Positions 33,496 to 41,976 of a DNA stretch of 64,000 nucleotides are shown here, one piece after another. Below the pieces are notes generated by a model. It was not told the origin of the DNA. It searched no databases and was given only the letters and a program-made list of their open reading frames with translations. The stretch lies in IMG/VR virus record IMGVR_UViG_3300044641_009805, positions 62,001-126,000 of that record. One strand, given 5' to 3'. How positions within the stretch are numbered: position 1 is the first letter of the stretch; each line of letters starts with the position of its first letter. The translations under genes and the position numbers were made by a program.

Positions 33496-35139
33496 TCAAC
33501 GATACAACCAAGATAAATCTGCAATTAGTGGATCAGAATTAGCGTTGACATGTTTAACGTCGGTTGGTTCTCGCAATTTATACACATTTTGAGGATTAAT
33601 TCCAGTTGAAGCTCTTAATGAAGGACTGATGTATGGACTAGCTGAATTAGGGCCATTAGGAATTTCATTTAATTCTCTTCTAGAGATACCCGTCGCTTTT
33701 AGCATAGCATATGCCATAGCCATAGCAGATTCATTAGCACCACTTCCGTCTTCAACTAGCCACGCACCAATAGCAAGACTCATGATTAAATCATCATGAC
33801 TATCTTTAGAAGCCATAGGCTTATTACCATTCCAAATAAAAGCCTGAAGTTGATCGTACAGGCGTTGAGAATGGCACCTTAAAACCTTATTTCTTATAAG
33901 TTCTTCAAGCTTTGTTAAAACTTGAACTCTCGTTTTTTGATTCGTTGGGAATCCTGGTAGTTCTGAAGGATCTACTGAAGAGTAAGAAAACGGATCACCT
34001 TTATTGTTGTGGTAATACAATCGTGGATATCCGGAGTCTCTAAGCTTAACATTCACGAAATATCCAAATGTGTTATTCTCTGGACAGATGAAAGCATTAT
34101 TATATTTTTTACCCCATTCAGCCAATAACTCTGCAAACTTTTCTGGAGGTATTTTACCCATGTATTCTGCTACAATCTCACAAGCAGATTGATCTATTAC
34201 ATGAAACGCAGAATAATCTGATGCATCGCCTCTAGCAACATCTGCAGAAATTACATATGATTTTTCTGGTGAAGGGTGATCCCATATCCAAACGTTTCTA
34301 TCAAATCCTGATTTTTCAATAGGAGGAGATATTTTGGATCTTAAATCTTCTAGATCTTCTGACTGTAAGAACGTATCTCCAGACGTGATAAAATCGCAAA
34401 GATATTCTTGACTAACTTTTCTTTTTGGTAGATTTCTAGTTTCTTTTGTAAACCAAACTTCATCGTGCTCTGGGTGAACAGTCCACGGAAGTCTTATCGG
34501 ATTAAATTCGTTAGCCCCAGCTTCTGCTTCAACCCATAATCTGTAATATAAACCACCTACTCCATTAGGAGAAGAAATTAGAATAGCGTTACCACCTGTC
34601 GTAAGCGTGGGATAGAGACCTGTCCATATCGTGTCAAAATCTCTAATAAATGCACACTCGTCTACAATTAGCAAAGATAGAGCTTCAGAACGGCCTGCAT
34701 CTTCCGACGTAGGTACAGCCTTTATCTGAGATCCATTGCTAAAAGATATTTGTTGCTTTGATGGCTCAAACTTGGGCATCAAAAGCCATTTTGGCAAAGA
34801 TTGTAGTAAAACAGCTACTTTCTTAATAAAGTTCTGAGCAGTAGCAAGTTTTGTTGCAATAACTAATACGTTTTTATCTTTGTAAAAAATAGCTAACCAA
34901 GTGGCATATGCAGCTGAAACCGTTGATAAACCCAGCTGTCTGGATTTTAGCACAATGTTAAATCTATGCTTTTGAAAGTTTTCTAAGCATTCATCTTGAA
35001 AAGGATACAACTCAAATGGAATCGTGCCTTTTAATGGATGCTGGATTCTTGCGTAGTGCTTTATAAAATACGACGGATCTTTACCACAACGAATTATCTC
35101 GTTGACTTGTTGCTGTTTTGTTAACGTTTTTTCAGACAT
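33496..35139 (-). CDS. Terminase large subunit (T4 gp17-like)
   Basis: LYPFQ, KSRQLGLST, LLIVDECAF, ISSPNG, SADVARG...DYSA, HDDLIMS. Confidence 0.96.
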   Translation of the reverse strand: MSEKTLTKQQQVNEIIRCGKDPSYFIKHYARIQHPLKGTIPFELYPFQDECLENFQKHRFNIVLKSRQLGLSTVSAAYATWLAIFYKDKNVLVIATKLATAQNFIKKVAVLLQSLPKWLLMPKFEPSKQQISFSNGSQIKAVPTSEDAGRSEALSLLIVDECAFIRDFDTIWTGLYPTLTTGGNAILISSPNGVGGLYYRLWVEAEAGANEFNPIRLPWTVHPEHDEVWFTKETRNLPKRKVSQEYLCDFITSGDTFLQSEDLEDLRSKISPPIEKSGFDRNVWIWDHPSPEKSYVISADVARGDASDYSAFHVIDQSACEIVAEYMGKIPPEKFAELLAEWGKKYNNAFICPENNTFGYFVNVKLRDSGYPRLYYHNNKGDPFSYSSVDPSELPGFPTNQKTRVQVLTKLEELIRNKVLRCHSQRLYDQLQAFIWNGNKPMASKDSHDDLIMSLAIGAWLVEDGSGANESAMAMAYAMLKATGISRRELNEIPNGPNSASPYISPSLRASTGINPQNVYKLREPTDVKHVNANSDPLIADLSWLYR

Positions 35140-35519
35140 TATGCTAGTTCAAATATACACTTTCTTCTGTACAAAGCAGTTCTTTTTGGATTGTGAACAT
35201 TAAGACCAATTATTTCAACAGATTCGCCTGAAGAAACTTCTTTAACTTTTAAAGACTGTCCAGACAGATCTTTATATTTGCTTTTAACGTTATCAACTAT
35301 CGATTTCACATTTTTTACAGCTTGCTCAGACTCAAATAATTTTACTCTAAGCATTTCTCGCTCTGAAGCAAAGTTAATCACAGTCTGATAAACCAAGTGA
35401 AGTTGATTTTGACCAGCAAGCGACATTTTTGCTGAAAAACCTGAAGTCAAAGGCATGGAAGATCTACCCCATGATGTATCGATTGCTTCTCCAAGAGAAC
35501 TAAGATCAATATCAGCCAT
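35139..35519 (-). CDS. Hypothetical protein
   Basis: GAGG SD; coupled to terminase. Confidence 0.75.
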   Translation of the reverse strand: MADIDLSSLGEAIDTSWGRSSMPLTSGFSAKMSLAGQNQLHLVYQTVINFASEREMLRVKLFESEQAVKNVKSIVDNVKSKYKDLSGQSLKVKEVSSGESVEIIGLNVHNPKRTALYRRKCIFELA

Positions 35520-35561
35520 TTTTTCCTCTTCAAAAACAAAGATAACTATGTATCATCACAT

Positions 35562-35855
35562 TTAAAATTCTAAATGAATATCTAACTTTTTTTGTTCTGC
35601 TTTCAAAAGAACAATCTCTTTTTCAGGTCTCCACCCATTTTTCCATTTTTCTTGGTTGGGTCTTGCCCATAACGTCTCACAGCTTTCACAGCATCCAAAG
35701 CTTTTATAAGATTTTTCATCTTCTGAAGATCTAAAAATACATTCGCAGACTGGACAAATCAATGGTACAATTTCTCTTGCAATTTTTGGTTTGATCACGT
35801 AGTAACCTGAACATTCTTTAATCAATCTTTCGTGCGAATAATCTTTCCACGTCAT
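35562..35855 (-). CDS. Zn-finger hypothetical protein
   Basis: CPVC...CCESC, WKNGWRP. Confidence 0.75.
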   Translation of the reverse strand: MTWKDYSHERLIKECSGYYVIKPKIAREIVPLICPVCECIFRSSEDEKSYKSFGCCESCETLWARPNQEKWKNGWRPEKEIVLLKAEQKKLDIHLEF

Positions 35856-38800
35856 GTGACAACCACCTTGGAATCTTTTTCTTGCTTGGTTATTTCGATA
35901 ATATGATCTGCCATATCTTTTATTCCATCCACATGGGTAATCATCAAAATTGTCTTAAAATACCTCTTCAGGCTATTGAGCAATCTACTACATGCTTCCA
36001 CTCCAGATTCGTCTAACGTTCCAAATCCTTCGTCAATTATAAACATATCCAATTTTGGAAGAGTTGAAATATTAACTAAGGCTACTCTAATTGCAATTGA
36101 TGAGATGGTTTTTTCCATTCCTGAACATAACTCAATTATCCTCCTGCTGTCTCCATAGTTGATGTATATTTCCGTAGAGTCTGTTTCATCATCATTTTCA
36201 AGTTCTACTGTAAAATCTACGATACCTTGTAAGATTTTTGAAATCTCTTGATTGATGACAGGAAGCTGAGTTTTCGTGATCATTAAAGGAAGACCTTTTT
36301 TTGAAAAGGCATCGCATATCATTTCCGTCGATTTCATCTCACGAATCAAACTCTCTCTAGAATCTTTTTCAGATTTCAATTTTTCTAGATCAGATAAAGC
36401 TCTTCCATGCTGAGTCGCTAATCGTATCTTTTCATCGTCATGATCTCTAGCAATACTAGATAATTCTTCTAATTTTGAACGTAAGGCAACAACCTCATAA
36501 TTTTCATTATTTTTTAAAGCCTTTTGAATGTCAACTAACTTGGTCTTTGCTTCTTTTAAGTTCTCTAAACAAATCTCGCAGGAAGATTTGCACTTTTCAA
36601 TTTCTGTTTCTTTCTTAGAGATTTCCAATTTGATGTTAGACAATAAACCAACAGCTTTTTCATATTTAGAGATTTTTGAAATTATGGAATTTTTATCTAA
36701 CAAATTTAAAGAGTTGATTGCCTTGTCAAGAGATGCTTTTATATTGGCTTCTTTTTCTTTTTGATTTTGAAATTTTGACTTATCTAAGTGAGCATCTTTG
36801 ATGAATTTGCACGTGGGGTATTCATCACCACAAGGGACTTCATCCAACAACGCAAGAGATTTTTGTTGTTGTTTTAAAGTAGCAGTTTCTAACTCGTAAG
36901 AATGTTTTAGACTTGTGATAGATTTTTCGATAGAATCTATTGCGGTAAGTTTGGTTTTAAGTTCATCAATGTCTTCACTTTCAATAAAAGAATTGACAGT
37001 TTCAAGTTTTGAAGTTAAAGATGATATTTCTGCTTTTAATGAATCGATATAAGAAGAGCATTCTTGCGCTTGCTTTTCTAGCGAAGAAACTTTTTTCTCT
37101 TGAGCTTCAAGCTGAATTTTTGTTACTGGCTTTAGATCTTTATGCAAAGACAGTTTGTACTTGACGTCCGTTAGCAAATTTTGAGTATCAGATATTTTGA
37201 TCTGCAGATCTTCAATCTTTTTTTGAAGGTCTATACAAAGATCTTCTCCTTGTTTCTTCAAGGCATCCCAATCTTTTTCTGGGTAATTCTTTAACCTTGC
37301 TTTAAATCCATTTAGCTCTTTGTTGCAATTTTCGTACATTTTATCAAAGACATCTAAATCTAGAAATCTAGACAACAATGATCTTCTTTTGGCTGATGAT
37401 AATGCAATGAATGCGTTGGTTTCTCCTTGCGCAGAAAAAGAAGTCAGCAAGAAGTCATCAGGAGATCCTAACAACGATCTAATGATCTTTTCAGTGTCTG
37501 TTCTTTGCTCGCCGCCTAGATCTTCTGCTTCATCGTCATTAATCTTAAAAAGGTTAAGAGCTGTTGAAGCACTTACTCCGCCTTTTTTATTCAGCTGTTT
37601 TGTCGTTTGCCTTTCTACAACATAAGATTTACCGTTATGTTCAAATATTGCCCTGGATGAACAGTAAGGCTTTCTTACGTTACAAACGTAAATGTTCTTC
37701 ATGGATCCTCTATCGGTCGTGTTGAATAAAGAATACATGATTGTGCCTATAATCGAAGATTTTCCAATCCTGTTGGGACCAAAAATTCCTACTATTCCAT
37801 TCAAGTTTGAAAAATCTATCTCATTGCCTTCGCCATAAGCAAAAATGTTATCCCATTTCAACTGTTTAAGAGACCATGAAGATCCTCTAGCTAAATCATC
37901 CGTCGTTGTGACCAAAGAAAGATACTTTTTTACATCATTTTCTACCGCTTCCCAGTTTACGTTAGAATACTTGTTTTCTTTTGCATAAGAACGCAAAAGA
38001 GATAAGATCACTTCATTAGATCTAATATCAGATTTCTCTATTACAACATCTGACGTTGAGATTTTTTTCGTCTCTACTTTACAGTCTGTTTTAAAAGTAA
38101 CTTCCGTTGCTTGAAATGTAGTTTTCAGTTGATTAGAAATCGTCTGAATGTCACCTTGTGACATTGGTACGTTAGATCTAATACGAAATCTTGACTGCTT
38201 TGGATAAAGCAAAGCTTCGTTGATTAACTTTTCATGATTCTCTTGCCAATCAATCGTTACGTAAGGCTTAACATTAGGAAGTTGACAAAACTTAACATCC
38301 CAGTTGGATGCTGAACCAATATCCCAAAGCAAATATCCATGATCTAACTCTTCTGCGTAGTTTTGCTGAATGGGTGTACCTGGAAATCCTATCCAAGGCT
38401 TTCCATCTCTGTAGGCTAACATTTGTCGTTTGTGTATGTCACCTAGAAATACAAAGTCATATTCATTGAAAAAATCAGTGCTGATGCCTTCTGTTATGTC
38501 CCATCCTGTTTCCGTTACGCATCCTCTTACTGATCCATGGAAACACGCGATGTTGATCATTCCTGGGACTGGTTTTACATCTTTCCAACCTTCTTCGTCA
38601 AAGAGACTAAAAACACACCAATTGTATCCAGGAGAAAATTCGTAAGTACCACTTTTCTTGTAGAGCTTTATCCGATCATTTTTCATTGCATCAACAATCG
38701 GAGAAACTGCGTCTTGCCTAGAAAGATTAGTTAGGTTACCATCATGGTTACCCAATATGATGTGCACCACTGCAACTTCAGACATGGCATTTAGCCACCA

Positions 38801-38989
38801 CGTTAGTTGGTTGATGTATTCAGGAGAAATTCCTGATGTTTTTGTATGAAAGATATCACCACCAATGAAGATGTGGTCGACGCGGCTCTTCTTACAGTCA
38901 TTTATAAAAGCAGAAAATATCTCTCGATATTCATCATGTCGACTAAGCCCACGCCAGTGCACGTCTGCTGTATGCGCAATTCGTAGCAT
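35852..38989 (-). CDS. Fused Mre11/SbcD nuclease - Rad50/SbcC ATPase (gp47-gp46-like)
   Basis: DVH, GDIFH, GNHD, FHG, GDIH phosphoesterase motifs; Walker A GPNRIGKS, coiled coil, CSGME signature, Walker B FIIDEGFGTLD, ITH. Confidence 0.93.
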   Translation of the reverse strand: MLRIAHTADVHWRGLSRHDEYREIFSAFINDCKKSRVDHIFIGGDIFHTKTSGISPEYINQLTWWLNAMSEVAVVHIILGNHDGNLTNLSRQDAVSPIVDAMKNDRIKLYKKSGTYEFSPGYNWCVFSLFDEEGWKDVKPVPGMINIACFHGSVRGCVTETGWDITEGISTDFFNEYDFVFLGDIHKRQMLAYRDGKPWIGFPGTPIQQNYAEELDHGYLLWDIGSASNWDVKFCQLPNVKPYVTIDWQENHEKLINEALLYPKQSRFRIRSNVPMSQGDIQTISNQLKTTFQATEVTFKTDCKVETKKISTSDVVIEKSDIRSNEVILSLLRSYAKENKYSNVNWEAVENDVKKYLSLVTTTDDLARGSSWSLKQLKWDNIFAYGEGNEIDFSNLNGIVGIFGPNRIGKSSIIGTIMYSLFNTTDRGSMKNIYVCNVRKPYCSSRAIFEHNGKSYVVERQTTKQLNKKGGVSASTALNLFKINDDEAEDLGGEQRTDTEKIIRSLLGSPDDFLLTSFSAQGETNAFIALSSAKRRSLLSRFLDLDVFDKMYENCNKELNGFKARLKNYPEKDWDALKKQGEDLCIDLQKKIEDLQIKISDTQNLLTDVKYKLSLHKDLKPVTKIQLEAQEKKVSSLEKQAQECSSYIDSLKAEISSLTSKLETVNSFIESEDIDELKTKLTAIDSIEKSITSLKHSYELETATLKQQQKSLALLDEVPCGDEYPTCKFIKDAHLDKSKFQNQKEKEANIKASLDKAINSLNLLDKNSIISKISKYEKAVGLLSNIKLEISKKETEIEKCKSSCEICLENLKEAKTKLVDIQKALKNNENYEVVALRSKLEELSSIARDHDDEKIRLATQHGRALSDLEKLKSEKDSRESLIREMKSTEMICDAFSKKGLPLMITKTQLPVINQEISKILQGIVDFTVELENDDETDSTEIYINYGDSRRIIELCSGMEKTISSIAIRVALVNISTLPKLDMFIIDEGFGTLDESGVEACSRLLNSLKRYFKTILMITHVDGIKDMADHIIEITKQEKDSKVVVT

Positions 38990-39027
38990 TATCTAAATGT
39001 AACGTAGATAATGCGTATGTTCATATC

Positions 39028-39942
39028 TCATGCTCCGCTGACAATTTTTCGAACGTCAGCAAATCCTTTTGCTAGTTCGATACCTTTCACTGTTGTTGCA
39101 GTTCCCTCAACGAATCCTAACAATGATGCACCAGCTTTAAGCGCGCCTGCTAATCCTTGAAAAGCAAAATATATCAATAAAGCCTTATAGATTAATTCTG
39201 CTGTTTTTTGTTCTGACTTCGAAGATTTATATCTTTCGTAAGATAAAACTTCTTTTTCGCCAGCCGTGTGAAATCCTTTTTCAGCTAAAAACTTATATAC
39301 GAAATACGAAAGTTTGCTAGGGATTACAAATTTTATAAATTTTTGCTCAAAAGCGTGAGTAACATGTTCAGCTTTTTCAAAGATTGAAGCTAATTTTTCA
39401 GCTTTCAAATAGACAGCCAACTTAGTTAAGCCTTTAAATAACAAAGGTAAACCTCCGATGATCGCTAATCCTACTCCTACGCCAGCTATTATTCCTGCTT
39501 CATGTAAGTTTTTTCTTTGTTCGACGTAAGAATTATCGGACAATACAACATACATTTCTTTTAATTCTTTTGCTTTTGCGTAGATAGGACCAGATAATTC
39601 TTCTTCAGCAGAAGCAAGAGGATTTTCTTTACCGAGAGACTGAGCTAGCTTTAATGTTTCATCTAACTCTATTGATTCTCCTGTCGACTTCATTCCTTCT
39701 TTGAGTGCATTGACGATTGTCAATATCTCTGGAGGGATCGTCTGCATCATGTTTATCTTTTCAGAGATAACGTTTGCCCACTCGTTTGCCGCTTCCTTAA
39801 ATCTATTAGTAACTGCAACTGACAATTTTTTTATTGCATCTTTAGCAGAATCTAAAAATCCTTCTTCAAGGAGCTGTTGAATTGCTATTTCTTCTTGGAT
39901 TATTTCTCTAATCCTAGCTTCTGTAATTACGTACTTTCTCAC
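39028..39942 (-). CDS. Hypothetical protein with ITEARIREIIQEE motif and hydrophobic helices
   Basis: N-terminus resembles the MKLT family; GIIAGVGVGLAIIGGL segment. Confidence 0.75.
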   Translation of the reverse strand: MRKYVITEARIREIIQEEIAIQQLLEEGFLDSAKDAIKKLSVAVTNRFKEAANEWANVISEKINMMQTIPPEILTIVNALKEGMKSTGESIELDETLKLAQSLGKENPLASAEEELSGPIYAKAKELKEMYVVLSDNSYVEQRKNLHEAGIIAGVGVGLAIIGGLPLLFKGLTKLAVYLKAEKLASIFEKAEHVTHAFEQKFIKFVIPSKLSYFVYKFLAEKGFHTAGEKEVLSYERYKSSKSEQKTAELIYKALLIYFAFQGLAGALKAGASLLGFVEGTATTVKGIELAKGFADVRKIVSGA

Positions 39943-39957
39943 AATAACTAATTATCA

Positions 39958-40941
39958 CTAAAATGCAAAACTTACTGCAGTAGCTTTTTTTAACTTTCTA
40001 CTAAAGTTATCATCCCAGCTCATTGGTTTTGCTTCTTTTAATGCTTCTTCAAATTCAATTTTAGACATGCTACCTGGGTCTCCCCATGGACGAACATCGA
40101 CTACGATGACGTCTATATTATATTCCTGCAACTTTTTCGCTATTTTAGGAGTCTTTTTGTCCCACATGTCTCCGTCTAAAGATAATGCAATTGGTGTGTT
40201 GTGTAGTAAGATTTTATTAAAGATTTCGTGTCTCTCGTCAAGATCCGATCCTAATATTGCAGTAGAGTTTTCTGGGCACTTTACTAGATCGAATGAACCT
40301 TCTACTAGCACCAATCTCTTTGACCAATCTATGTTTAGATCGTTAAAGACGATAGGATTTTTATCTACGTCTGGGCTATCATACTTTGGCTTTTTGTCCT
40401 TATCGATCGCTCTAGCTACAAAAAAATTTAAATTTCCTTGCGCGTCAAATGAAGGCATGATGATTCTTCTCTTCCATCTAGGCTCATCAGAAACTCCTAG
40501 TTTGAAGTACCAAGCATCTCTGTCAGTAAGTCCTCGAGAGTACACATAGCGCCAGGCGGCCTTTACGTCAGGATCCATACTATTTGCTAACGTCAAAAGC
40601 CTAAAATCTTTTGGAAGTTCGAGCTTTTGTTTTTCTTCTTTTTCACCAGTCACTAGCTGAAAAGAGTTGTCAAATAGCCCAAACAACTCTTTGAATTCTG
40701 CTAGTTGATTTTGCGTTCCAAATTTTCTTATTAGGGGAATTACGGTACGAGATTTCCACCCACAAACCCAACAATGATTTGCGGTGGTGTCAGTGCGAAT
40801 AGAAAGTTTCTTTTTCGTTGGATCTGCCGAGGCGCATATTGGACAACGAACATCAAAGTTGATGCCGTTGGAAGATATACGTCCCTTACCAAAAACAGAT
40901 TCAAAAAAATTAATGCTATCAGAGACCGAACGAATGGCCAC
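39958..40941 (-). CDS. DNA primase (Zn finger + TOPRIM)
   Basis: CPIC...HCWVC, RRIIMP, LVEGSFD, LDGD, DPG. Confidence 0.9.
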   Translation of the reverse strand: MAIRSVSDSINFFESVFGKGRISSNGINFDVRCPICASADPTKKKLSIRTDTTANHCWVCGWKSRTVIPLIRKFGTQNQLAEFKELFGLFDNSFQLVTGEKEEKQKLELPKDFRLLTLANSMDPDVKAAWRYVYSRGLTDRDAWYFKLGVSDEPRWKRRIIMPSFDAQGNLNFFVARAIDKDKKPKYDSPDVDKNPIVFNDLNIDWSKRLVLVEGSFDLVKCPENSTAILGSDLDERHEIFNKILLHNTPIALSLDGDMWDKKTPKIAKKLQEYNIDVIVVDVRPWGDPGSMSKIEFEEALKEAKPMSWDDNFSRKLKKATAVSFAF

Positions 40942-40973
40942 GGTTCAACCGTAACACATTCTAGGCGAGTTGT

Positions 40974-41531
40974 TCACATGAGGCTGGCTGCTCTTGCAAT
41001 CACATATGCATCCGTCATGTCTCTTGATGCATCAATAGGTTGACCATTTTTTTTCTTTGGCCAATCAACATGCTTCAAATCATTTTCAGACATGTGTTTG
41101 AAGACTTGTTCCTTGCCATTCATTCCGGCGATGGACGTACGCTGCATCTTTATTCCGCATAATTTTCTGGCGTGCGAGGATGAGATGTAGGTTGGATCGA
41201 CCTGAAATATTCTTCTACCGATATAAGAAACTATACCGTTAAACCTCATGAGGGTGGTGATGGTTGTTGCTGATGACATTCCTTTTTGAAATCCTAACAA
41301 CGGTTCCTCAAGAGCGAATACGACTGGTGTTAGTTTCTGTCGATGGAATATGTCTGACAAAACTGATTCAATAACATCAGACTTCTCCCAAAACGTTTTA
41401 CACTTCTTGAACTCTACTTTGTCGAGGAGAAGGATGTGAGAACCTTTGTCATCAGGTTGAACATCTTTATCTATAACGCAAACACCTGTTACTGAAGTTG
41501 AAACGTCAAGACCTAAAACAATTTTTGACAC
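40974..41531 (-). CDS. RuvC-like Holliday junction resolvase
   Basis: LGLDVSTSVTG, ALEE, DMTDAYVIA. Confidence 0.85.
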   Translation of the reverse strand: MSKIVLGLDVSTSVTGVCVIDKDVQPDDKGSHILLLDKVEFKKCKTFWEKSDVIESVLSDIFHRQKLTPVVFALEEPLLGFQKGMSSATTITTLMRFNGIVSYIGRRIFQVDPTYISSSHARKLCGIKMQRTSIAGMNGKEQVFKHMSENDLKHVDWPKKKNGQPIDASRDMTDAYVIARAASLM

Positions 41532-41571
41532 ATCTGATTATCATCATCAGGTGACATCAGGTAAAATCTTT

Positions 41572-41964
41572 TTATAAGATTCCCATATCTTTTAATTCTA
41601 ATTCAGTAAGAATTAAGAAAGAGGCATTGTTGATCATGCACCACTGTTGTGCCGCTGCCGATTTTTTCTTGACGGCCGAGGAATCTAACTTCCTTTTTTG
41701 TTTGATCTCCACGACGAGTAGATCGCCATTTTTCATCTTCACAAAAAAATCAGGATAGTACTTTCGAATTTTTCCTGAAGACTTATTAGAGATGTATTTG
41801 ATAACGATCTTTTCGTAAGACCAAGATTCTACGTTTGGGTCAGCATCTAAATACTCCATGTACTTTTGCTCCCATCCTGAACGAAACTTACACTCGCCAG
41901 CTAGAGGAGAATTATGAGTACCTCTATGATACCTTCCTTTTTTCTTTCTCTTTTTTACTGTCAT
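41572..41964 (-). CDS. TnsA-like PD-(D/E)xK nuclease (T4 gp4 head-completion-like)
   Basis: FRSGWEQKYMEYLD, WSYE, YYPDF, VEIK. Confidence 0.85.
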   Translation of the reverse strand: MTVKKRKKKGRYHRGTHNSPLAGECKFRSGWEQKYMEYLDADPNVESWSYEKIVIKYISNKSSGKIRKYYPDFFVKMKNGDLLVVEIKQKRKLDSSAVKKKSAAAQQWCMINNASFLILTELELKDMGIL

Positions 41965-41976
41965 GAACTAGATCTG

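Noticed and set aside
24442-38989. Introns or inteins in capsid, portal, terminase or Mre11-Rad50
   Set aside because: ORFs are continuous and no intein splice motifs or LAGLIDADG blocks were noticed
41572-41964. Tn7-like transposon
   Set aside because: Lone TnsA-like nuclease with no TnsB/TnsC or ends; matches the T4 gp4-type nuclease context
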